DNA of 64,000 nt, taken from the NCBI GenBank assembly GCA_000004985.1, contig GG738853.1. One strand, written 5' to 3'. A model generated the notes under the pieces. That model worked only from the letters and a program-made list of their open reading frames with translations, ran no database searches and was not told the origin of the DNA. Position 1 is the stretch's first letter. Every line of letters begins with the position of its first letter. This document shows, one piece after another, positions 10,071 through 18,214 of this stretch. Source of the DNA: Naegleria gruberi (lineage: Eukaryota). The translations under genes were made by a program, and so were the position numbers.

Positions 10071-11368
10071 TTAATGTGTTGCTGCTTTATTCTTGTTTTC
10101 TTTCCTCTTTCTTTTCCAAACATTGAACTTTTTCTTAATGCTGTGAATCCAATCGACGATAACTTCTGCAATTAATCCAATCATGATAGATTCAAACCCA
10201 AGTCCAATAATAGCAAAGAACATGAAGAATATCTTGCCTCCTTGAGTTGTAGGATAGAAATCACCATATCCAATTGTTGCCAAGGTCACAAAGACATACC
10301 ACGCAGATTCATTATAAGTCCATCCTTCGAGTGCCATCATAATTGCAGCACAAGTAAAGGCATAGGCCAACCAGAAAAATGTATAGTATCCTAATTGAAC
10401 TGATGAACTGAAAAGAATTCTATAAACCAAATCAGTTTTCTTCATTTTCACGTCTGTTTTCCTTATGAGTCCAACAAGTGCGTAAATTCCCATAGAAATT
10501 AACAAGAGAATGTTCTTTACAAATCCTGTAGTGGTTTTACCTACTGTTACAAGCAAGGTACCCATAATTGCAATACCAATTAATCCAAAGAAACCAATAT
10601 AAATTCTGCCACCTGTCAAACTGTTAAGAATTAAATGTAAAATTAATACATACCAGCTGTTTTGTAAAATTGTCATCCCTAACTTTAAACTATGAAATAC
10701 TTACGAGTTGAAGCTGCCATATCACCATAACCAATTGTAGTAAATGTCACAAGACAATAGTAAACAGAATTTCCATATGTCCACTTATCCAATCTCACCA
10801 AAGTACCATTTTCAACTAAGGTCGACCCGTTATTTCGAATTCTCTCCAAATATTCATTTCCACCTTCAATTGCCCAAATAGGCAAAGCAGAAAGCAATAA
10901 AAATCCAATAATTAAAAGCGTCATGCCAAGTAAAATTCCAACATTTGTTAAACCTTCTCGATAATGATAAGTGGCATATTTATCCTGAGCGTGATACTTT
11001 TTAAATCTTCTCTCCACAAACTCGAATGTAAAATCAGCCACTCTCAACTTTTTTTCTTTCATCTGATCTTTCAGACCATCATCTGGATCAAAATTATCAA
11101 TCACAGCTTTAAACATTGCATAATTCTCTTCATTCAATTCATAACTTTGCAAGAATTGTTTTTCTCCCAATTCTTCCTCATTCACCACACAATAATATCC
11201 ATCACTACCACCATTACCATTATCATTACCATCACCAATATTATTCTTATTCTTATTAGTATCATCATCTTCAATGGAATTTGTATTCTGATGATCCTTC
11301 AATTCAACATTCTGATCATCTTGCTGAGTTGTTGATCCATCCAACCCACCCGACATTGATCCATCCAT
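10071..11368 (-). CDS. Two-pore-domain potassium channel (K2P/KCNK-like, 4TM/2P). Two exons: complement(10705..11368) + complement(10071..10612), 401 aa.
   Basis: There are two pore signatures: VTFTTIGYGDMAAST and VTLATIGYGDFYPTTQGGKIFFMFFAIIGLGF. Hydrophobic M1-M4 segments are present. A GTAAGT donor (plus 10704..10699) lies immediately after the first filter (phase 1). The 92-nt intron ends ...TTTGACAG. The reconstituted junction reads ...YGDMAAST-R-GRIYIGFFGLIGIAIMGTLL, which is the expected M2 helix. Total coding length 1206 nt is divisible by 3. Confidence 0.9.
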
Positions 11369-11929
11369 AATTGTTTAAACTGTTTTTTCTCAATTTATCT
11401 TTTACCGAAAAATGATGAAAAAAAACCTCAGTAAGCCAGAGTTTGATGTTTTTCTATTTTTTTTGGTTTGTTGAGAGCGGGAATCTAAAGCTGAGTTTGT
11501 GGGATTTTGAAGAGTTTCGGAAGCAATTCAATTGGTTGAGTAGAAGGGTTGGTTCCTTGGCAGTGATTCGTTTTGCATGTTCATGGGGTGATTTTAGTTT
11601 ACAATGTTTTTTATCCGCTATTAATTAGGAAAAGTCCGAAATGTTTGCTGATTTCTGTTCTCTAATTTTGTAAAATGTCTACAGTAAAAGCTTCAAAATA
11701 CAGGTTTTGATTCGTCCTAAGTGAAATTAATAATTAGTTTCGAATTTTGTTACAATAATTCCTATTACTTATTAGAAATAATTCAATGCTGTGTTCGGTT
11801 TTTAATCGGAAATATTTTTGACGGAAACTGTATTTTAATCAAGTTAACACACTTAATAACGGAAAGAGAAAAGTTTCGAACGATTTCGAATAACAAACCA
11901 CATATTCCACCAACATTGGTATTGCTAGT

Positions 11930-13357
11930 ATGTTGCTATACTGTAGCTTGTTACATCTCTTGCAAAGATCATCACAATATTTCCCACAAATATTTAATAT
12001 TTTAAAATGGGAATCAAAAGAAGCAAGTGGTCACCTTGAAAGGTATTCGAATTGTAAAAACCACCAATTTAAACCAATAAAAAAAAACAATGCCTCCAAA
12101 CAAACAACTTGTCAGCTTCTTGCTGTACTACTCTTGGTTTCGCTCTTTAATTTTTCCCTTTTCACAGCAGGAGCAGCAACGCAAAGTTCAATGGTCAATT
12201 TACCAATTTCTTCATCATTGACATTGTCAACTACACCATTTCTTCACAATCATTATAAGAATCGTCATTCACTTGTAATTACATTGGAAGAACAAGTTAA
12301 TGCTTTAATCCAAAATGAAAAGATTATTCATCTTCCTGCATCAATTTTTCAATTCGCCACAGATGGCAATTTTTGGCAGACATATGGTAATTTGGTTATT
12401 GTGATTATTGTACTTTCAGTGTTTATTCTGTTTTTGGTATGTCTTGTGCTGCCAATGATTTTGAGTTGTGGTGCCTTGTGGATTTTTAAATGTTGCCTTC
12501 ATTCGGCTAATTTAGGACCTCGTGAAGAGAGTGAACTAATTGACCAACAGTATTCACGTCTTGCGCAGGTTACTCTTGATCCAGGATGGAAAACTCGTGT
12601 CAGGTATAGACTATTCGATGTCAATTTTACAGATTGTGCTATTTTAATATTTTGGTTATTGTTTTGGCCATTTAGAAAACTTAGTTGTGGAATATTTGAC
12701 AGTTGTTTCATATTGAGAATGACAAGATTCAATGTAAGAAGAATGAGGGTTGGAAACAGAAGGTTGGATTTGCATATTTCAGACGCATGTTGCACCATCC
12801 CATTCATTCACTTTTTAAATAATTTTTGTAATTTTTACACGTTTGGATTGTGGAGAGCACTTGGACTCTATCATCGATTCTATCTTTCAAGAATTGATGA
12901 AAGAATTTATTGGAAACCAATCGAAAATGATGGAAGATATGAATCACAAGTAGTGTGGCAAAACTTTTCAGAAAAAAACTCATTCAGATGGTTTAGTATT
13001 TATTGTGGTTTGTATACAGAATTGCTGTATTGGTTTTTGAAAGTTATCAATGTTTTCGCTTTATTCCTCCTTGGACCATTCATTGAGGCATGGTATATAA
13101 GAAAACGAGTTCAGTATTCCAAATTTGGTGGAGTTGGATCATTTGCAGTGTACAGTAATGGATCTTTACAAGCATTGGTTGCGAATTCTCCAAAGGTTTT
13201 GACCCTGTCCAATTCAATCAGTGGATGTTCCTATTTTACAAGAATTTTAATTTATAGATTGTTGAATTTAATTACTCTGGGAATATTTGGATGCGTTGTT
13301 GGTGGAGATCGATATTTTCTTGGATTTATCGATGAGCATTTGTATCTATCAATGTAA
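11930..13357 (+). CDS. Hypothetical Cys/Trp-rich integral membrane protein. Start uncertain: the alternative start is Met88 at 12191.
   Basis: Long ORF of 475 aa. It contains a signal-peptide-like or TM segment (LLAVLLLVSLFNFSLFTAGAATQ), a clear TM segment (LVIVIIVLSVFILFLVCLVLPMILSCGALWIF) and further hydrophobic stretches. It lies in divergent orientation to the K2P gene. Confidence 0.6.
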   Translation: MLLYCSLLHLLQRSSQYFPQIFNILKWESKEASGHLERYSNCKNHQFKPIKKNNASKQTTCQLLAVLLLVSLFNFSLFTAGAATQSSMVNLPISSSLTLSTTPFLHNHYKNRHSLVITLEEQVNALIQNEKIIHLPASIFQFATDGNFWQTYGNLVIVIIVLSVFILFLVCLVLPMILSCGALWIFKCCLHSANLGPREESELIDQQYSRLAQVTLDPGWKTRVRYRLFDVNFTDCAILIFWLLFWPFRKLSCGIFDSCFILRMTRFNVRRMRVGNRRLDLHISDACCTIPFIHFLNNFCNFYTFGLWRALGLYHRFYLSRIDERIYWKPIENDGRYESQVVWQNFSEKNSFRWFSIYCGLYTELLYWFLKVINVFALFLLGPFIEAWYIRKRVQYSKFGGVGSFAVYSNGSLQALVANSPKVLTLSNSISGCSYFTRILIYRLLNLITLGIFGCVVGGDRYFLGFIDEHLYLSM

Positions 13358-13553
13358 TTAGTATTTCAAAGGTTACTTGGAATACGAAACTATCCTAAAC
13401 TACCTTTTATTGTAACTGATAAATCAATTAGCAATATAGAATAGTTAGGGAGGAATTCTTCTGGAGCAGTTATGGAGCTTGATTATTGGTCAAGAAGAGC
13501 TTGAACCATTTATAAAACCTTTCAATTCACTGGAGTGTTGGATCATTACGAAT

Positions 13554-14681
13554 TCAGAATGTTATGAATGAAAGATCGTAAAATGTTGAATTACTCAATT
13601 GACGTCTAAGTAGTGAAAAGAAAAATATTTCTTCTGGAGATTTAGCAACTGTGAAAGTTTTTCTATAGATATAGCCATGCCAAGGACCACATACAATAAT
13701 TTCCTGTTCATCATTAATTGCTTCTTGTGGAATTTGAGCAATACAAAAATGAGTATCCGTTTTTACACCAGTTGACACACTAGTACAGTACACATCTTTG
13801 AATGGCCCCTCAATTTGAATACGTTGAAATTCTTTTACTGGACCAGACGCTCCAACCGATAATCCACATTGATTACTAGAATTTAGACCTCGACAGAATA
13901 TTTGGCCATCTTCCAATAGTAGAGCAATGTGAGCAAATCCTGTATCAATCTTTTTGATTTCACAAGTGAACGATAATTTAAGCTCTTTCGTTTGGTACGC
14001 GTTTCCTTCGTTCATAAATCCAAATCCAATATTTCTAATGAACAATCTATTGTTTTTTAAGAGAATGAATTGGGCTGTACCATTTGAGCAACAAGAAAAT
14101 TGTTTCACTTGGTAATCAGGAAGTGGGAATCCGATGTCGAATGCTTCAGTATCAACTTCTTTTTCATAAATAGTTCCATCAATTGTCTGAACTAACCAAC
14201 AGGTTGACATGATTCCACTTCCAACACAATGAATTAATGAACTGTGCGAGATAAAGAATTTGTTCATTTTCAATGCTTGAGTATCGAATTCAAACAAAGA
14301 TCCGTCCATCATTTCAAATAATATGAATCTTGCATTATTTGAAACAACTCTCTTCATCAATTGACCTCTTTTACAGTTGCTCAACTCGGGTAACAGTGAA
14401 CTAAACTTCATTTTCTCTCCCATTATCACAAAATATTCACTCTCCTCTCCTTCAAACAGAAACATTGAATAATTAGGGGCTTGATTACTTCCACCACAAC
14501 AAATATACGAAACTCGTATTAATTCATTTGCTTCAATCTCGGAAGGAGAAAAATTATTTTCTGGATGAGGAAATATTAAAGGCCTAATTTCCACAACATC
14601 CCATTCGTATTCAATCCCATCTGTCCACACTTTAGAGTCATTAAATTTTGTGTGGGATTTCATTCCGAAGGCTTTGATCAT
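13554..14681 (-). CDS. Hypothetical protein with degenerate RCC1-like (beta-propeller) repeats, 375 aa
   Basis: It has repeated G-x-N-x-x-x-Q-C/L-G-like units ([49 protein letters not shown]) at the spacing typical of RCC1 blades. It is intronless. Its ATG at 14681 faces the cenH3 gene across a 74-bp promoter. Confidence 0.6.
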   Translation of the reverse strand: MIKAFGMKSHTKFNDSKVWTDGIEYEWDVVEIRPLIFPHPENNFSPSEIEANELIRVSYICCGGSNQAPNYSMFLFEGEESEYFVIMGEKMKFSSLLPELSNCKRGQLMKRVVSNNARFILFEMMDGSLFEFDTQALKMNKFFISHSSLIHCVGSGIMSTCWLVQTIDGTIYEKEVDTEAFDIGFPLPDYQVKQFSCCSNGTAQFILLKNNRLFIRNIGFGFMNEGNAYQTKELKLSFTCEIKKIDTGFAHIALLLEDGQIFCRGLNSSNQCGLSVGASGPVKEFQRIQIEGPFKDVYCTSVSTGVKTDTHFCIAQIPQEAINDEQEIIVCGPWHGYIYRKTFTVAKSPEEIFFFSLLRRQLSNSTFYDLSFITF

Positions 14682-14716
14682 TTTTTTTGTTTTTGTTAAT
14701 TAAAGAGTTAATAAAT

Positions 14717-14730
14717 TTTTGGCGCCAAAA
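14717..14730. promoter_or_regulatory. Perfect 14-bp palindrome TTTTGGCGCCAAAA (E2F-type site TTTGGCGCCAAA) in the bidirectional promoter between the RCC1-like gene and the cenH3 gene
   Basis: Read directly in the sequence. It matches the consensus of the palindromic E2F/DP site. It lies 35 bp from one ATG (14681) and 26 bp from the other (14756). Confidence 0.5.
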
Positions 14731-14755
14731 TTTTGAAAAAATCAATACAGAAAAA

Positions 14756-15575
14756 ATGGCTCAAAAGATGAAAGAGTGTTTGAGGGAACCTCAGTTGAGC
14801 ACAACTGATCAACAATTTGGTGAGCAAGGCTTTGAAAGGTTTGATGTAGAGTTTTTTGGTGAGAATGAAGTTTCGGAGAGGGCTTTTGAGGAATTATTCG
14901 AAGATGATTTGGATATGAGTGAGAATAATTCAATGATTTCTTCATTCCCTGTATCCGATCAGCACCAAGAAGATGAGAAAGGAAAGCAAGCCATTGCAGA
15001 AGAAGAACAGCAAGAACCATTGGAAACAAGAAGGCATGGAGAGATTGTCACTCAACCAAAGAATAATCAGATCGGGTTAAAGACAAGGTTATTATATGCT
15101 CAGAAGGCTCCTAGAAAATCTATCAAACAATTTCCTCAGAAGGCCCCAAAGAAATCAATTAATTGCAGAGGGAAACCTGTGAAGAAGCCTCGAAAGTGGA
15201 AGAAAGGTACAGTAGCTTTGAGAGAAATCAAAAAGTATCAGAAAGGAGTCGAATTGTTAATTCCTAAAGCTAATTTTGTTAGGCTTGTGAGAGAAATTGC
15301 AAACTCTAAGAGACAAGATGATCCTCTCAGATTCAGTGCAGAGTAAGTTTCTAATTATTATAATATCCTATAATGAGTTATGAAGTGCCTTGTTAGCTCT
15401 GCAAGAAGCTGCAGAACATTACCTTGTAAATTTGCTTGAGGACTCTTATTTGTGTGTAAGTTTTTCTAAATTATTAAAATAATTTCTTAATGATCCTTCT
15501 TAGGCTCTTCATGCAGGTAGAGTAACATTGATGAAAAAAGATATTCAACTCATAAAAAGATTATTGGGCTTGTAG
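14756..15575 (+). CDS. Centromeric-type histone H3 variant (cenH3/CENP-A-like). Three exons: 14756..15342 + 15386..15455 + 15504..15575, 242 aa.
   Basis: The ~170-aa N-terminal tail is divergent and acidic/Gln-rich. It is followed by an H3 histone fold: [100 protein letters not shown]. Loop 1 is 2 aa longer than in canonical H3, a cenH3 hallmark. The two introns are 43 nt and 48 nt, each GTAAGT...AG. Total coding length 729 nt is divisible by 3. The first ATG of the supplied ORF (14687) is rejected in favour of 14756 (AAAATGG) because 14687 lies 6 bp from the neighbouring gene's start codon. Confidence 0.8.
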
Positions 15576-15576
15576 T

Positions 15577-16941
15577 TTACTTTCTGGATGAAAGACAAAC
15601 AAGACCATAATCGCCACTATATCTCCAATTGCTGACAGTTTCCTTGACGCTATTAAACTTTTCCATATCCTTAATACCAATCAGTGAGTAACTCTTAATT
15701 GTTCTCAAACTGCAAATACCATTCTTGGCAGGGAAATATTGCAAAGTTTGATTAAAATCTTGTTCGATTGGCAATTTGGCATCATTGATTGTTCTTCTAT
15801 AGTTTGCATCTCCCTTGATGAAAATAAATTCAAAGTCATTTCTCAATTCATTGGCCAAATCTTGTGGTATTTGGGTATATTCGAGTGGAGAAGTAAAGAA
15901 GGTATGCTTTTTGAATTTCCATTGTTGATTATCAATATATTGAGAGAATCGCTTGCCATATTCACCAATAATACCTTCATGATCTACGAATCGTGAGATA
16001 GTTTGTTGGAAATCTCTTTCAGTAACATCACTCACAAAGACTGGTTGATATTTACCAAAGAATGTAACACTGTCAATAAAGTCCAATCTCAATAAGGTAT
16101 CAGCCATGAACATGTCACTCACAAGTTCTAAACCAACATTATCAAGAATGATGGCCAAATGTCTTGTTCCCTTCTCCTTCAATTTGATATTGTCCAAAAT
16201 TTTAACAACCTCTGTCAAATCATTTGACAAGATATTTTCCTCTAAACTCTTCTTAAACTTTTCGGTATGATTTTGAAGTCCAGTTGACAAGCTTAAATCG
16301 GCTTGATTTCCCCACAAACTCAATACAATACTTTCTCTCACAAGACTCAATATCTTATCTCCTTCGGTTGGCAATTCACTCAACAGCTCACAAAATTGTT
16401 GAGCGACAGTCTTTTCAGACTTGGAGTTAAAAACAACATCTAAAGACTTTTTCTTTTGATTACCGAAAGGATCCCATCTCAACAATGGTGAATCAGCTTT
16501 CCAAAATTCAGTAATATCCAAAATCAATCTATAAAAGTAATTCTCCACGAAGAACCAAGTCATTTCCAACCAATTTTTATCCTCAACACCAAACATCTTT
16601 TCATATTTGGCCCAATTTTCCAAATCAGCCCTCACATTCTCATCATCAACAGCTTGATCAGCCTTTAGAGAAATTCTCAACTTGGTACAAACATCTCCTT
16701 CAACTAATTCCTCTTCCAATGCTTTTAACTTGTGCAATATTTCGGGATGTTGTTGTAGTAACTGTTCCTCCTTGTTGGATTCAATCATGGATTGAAGAAT
16801 CTTTGGCAAACGTTCAATGATGGAAATGTAGGTAAAACCTCCATCCATGCCGATCAATGGTTTCCCATCATCATTATGATTTTCCCATGAGAGTAGATGT
16901 TCACGATCGGAAGGTGAAAGACGATGTTGTTGTGTTGCCAT
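15577..16941 (-). CDS. ARMT1/DUF89-family protein (damage-control sugar-phosphate phosphatase / C6orf211-like), 454 aa, intronless
   Basis: DUF89 motifs are recognised: ...DYF.., SLWGNQADLSLS, AIILDNVGLELVSDMFMADTLL (the metal-binding D-N...E...D), FFGKYQPVFVSDVTERDF, IFIKGDANYRRT and CSLRTIKS. The length is similar to human ARMT1. Confidence 0.8.
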   Translation of the reverse strand: MATQQHRLSPSDREHLLSWENHNDDGKPLIGMDGGFTYISIIERLPKILQSMIESNKEEQLLQQHPEILHKLKALEEELVEGDVCTKLRISLKADQAVDDENVRADLENWAKYEKMFGVEDKNWLEMTWFFVENYFYRLILDITEFWKADSPLLRWDPFGNQKKKSLDVVFNSKSEKTVAQQFCELLSELPTEGDKILSLVRESIVLSLWGNQADLSLSTGLQNHTEKFKKSLEENILSNDLTEVVKILDNIKLKEKGTRHLAIILDNVGLELVSDMFMADTLLRLDFIDSVTFFGKYQPVFVSDVTERDFQQTISRFVDHEGIIGEYGKRFSQYIDNQQWKFKKHTFFTSPLEYTQIPQDLANELRNDFEFIFIKGDANYRRTINDAKLPIEQDFNQTLQYFPAKNGICSLRTIKSYSLIGIKDMEKFNSVKETVSNWRYSGDYGLVCLSSRK

Positions 16942-16996
16942 TTTTTTTGTATTATTTTAATATTTAAATAGTTAATATTTATAAATATATTTAATA

Positions 16997-17575
16997 TTAA
17001 TTTTTGGATAAAATCTTCACTGGTCGATTATTCTCCTTCTTTCTTGGACACGCATATCGTGTAACAATCTTAAATTCATGAGTAAATTCCTTCTTAAAAG
17101 TCTTTTTACTCGTTCCAATGTAAAATCCCTTAAATTCTGAATCCTCATCACAAACCAGGAAACATTTGGCTCCATGTAATTCACCTGCCAAACTCACAAA
17201 CATATCAAATTCAACAATGACTCCATTTTGAATATGTTTAGGATCGAAAAGTGAAATTCTGGGTCCAGGTTTTCCAATACCAAAACATCGATCAAAATAA
17301 TTGTCAATGAAAGCAATTTGAAATTGTCCTTGATTGGTGGTGGCATAGCATGAGGCATTGGTGGAAGTTACTGGCTTACACAAATTAAGCATGTAATAAT
17401 TTCCTGGCAAGTGAAGAGTGTCAATAATTTTGTGGCCAGTGGTGCCATTGTCAGCTTTGGAAAAATCAATGATCATTCCATCCTTTTCAATGAAACAATT
17501 CTGAGAGAAGACAGTTGTGGAGATGAAGATGAGTAATATGCAGAAAGAACAGATGAATAAGTGTGAGAAATGCAT
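16997..17575 (-). CDS. Small secreted protein (192 aa) with an N-terminal signal peptide and a Cys pattern reminiscent of an MRH (mannose-6-phosphate-receptor-homology)-like domain. Family assignment is tentative.
   Basis: MHFSHLFICSFCILLIFISTTVFSQ has a signal-peptide shape. Conserved-looking Cys/Gly/aromatic positions follow (LNLCKP...CYATT...FDRCFGIG...CFLVCDEDSEF...YACP). The ORF lies 55 bp downstream of the ARMT1 start on the same strand. Confidence 0.55.
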   Translation of the reverse strand: MHFSHLFICSFCILLIFISTTVFSQNCFIEKDGMIIDFSKADNGTTGHKIIDTLHLPGNYYMLNLCKPVTSTNASCYATTNQGQFQIAFIDNYFDRCFGIGKPGPRISLFDPKHIQNGVIVEFDMFVSLAGELHGAKCFLVCDEDSEFKGFYIGTSKKTFKKEFTHEFKIVTRYACPRKKENNRPVKILSKN

Positions 17576-18056
17576 GCTTTTTTTTTCAGTTTTTGAGTAT
17601 GAGATCCATGGATCTGCTGAAACGTTCGCTTCTTTCGAATGTAATTGCTACTTGCCAAATTTAAAAGATTTTGGATTCAATGGACGAGCTGCATTAGAAA
17701 GTTTACCAATCATATTATAATCAATGTAAATAATTGATTACAATGAGTAATTGGTTGCAGTTAGAAAGAGAATAAGTTTTTGAGTTTCATCTTGATGGAC
17801 TTTTTCTTTTTGAAAAGCTGGTTATGGGACATACTTGTGACTTTCGAACAGGAGAAAATATGAGGTTGTGATGGTGTTAACACTAACTGTTCCAATGTTG
17901 TTGAATTTCTATTCTTTTTGAATAAATTCAGTTTAGACGAAGATCTATTCGAAACATTGGGCGAGAAGAAATCCATTCCCTTACTCGTTCCAATTCTCAA
18001 TTTCAAAATAATATCCATTAAATTTGAAATATCTTTTGCAATATTTTGATCTTTGG

Positions 18057-18106
18057 NNNNNNNNNNNNNNNNNNNNNNNNNNNNNNNNNNNNNNNNNNNN
18101 NNNNNN
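18057..18106. other. Scaffold gap (50 N)
   Basis: Run of exactly 50 n characters. Confidence 1.
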
Positions 18107-18214
18107 GGATTTGTATTGACTATTTCATTGGCTGGTTATTCCATTTTTTGCATTATCTTTGTGGAAGATAATTTCCAAAATTAGTAATTTTTATAAATAT
18201 TAAATTTGTGATTC

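Noticed and set aside
10964-11335. 123-aa plus-strand ORF (isoleucine-rich)
   Set aside because: It is antisense to K2P exon 1. Its extreme I/L/F composition comes from reading AT-rich codons backwards.
11443-12005. ORFs 11443..11628(+) and 11721..12005(+); slightly G-richer block at ~11460-11640 considered as a possible ncRNA
   Set aside because: No recognisable snRNA, tRNA or rRNA sequence or structure could be identified by eye. The ORFs are short and have no start context. This is most likely promoter or 5'UTR sequence of the flanking divergent genes.
12499-12807. 102-aa minus-strand ORF
   Set aside because: It is antisense within the 475-aa membrane-protein ORF.
14742-15029. 95-aa minus-strand ORF
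   Set aside because: It is antisense to the cenH3 N-terminal tail exon.
15739-15996. 85-aa plus-strand ORF
   Set aside because: It is antisense inside the ARMT1/DUF89 gene.
17473-18018. ORFs 17473..17658(-), 17517..17720(+), 17761..18018(-)
   Set aside because: They are short, low-complexity or overlap the MRH-like gene's start. The 17761..18018 ORF is K/S/N-rich with no recognisable domain and abuts the N-gap. I could not support it as coding.
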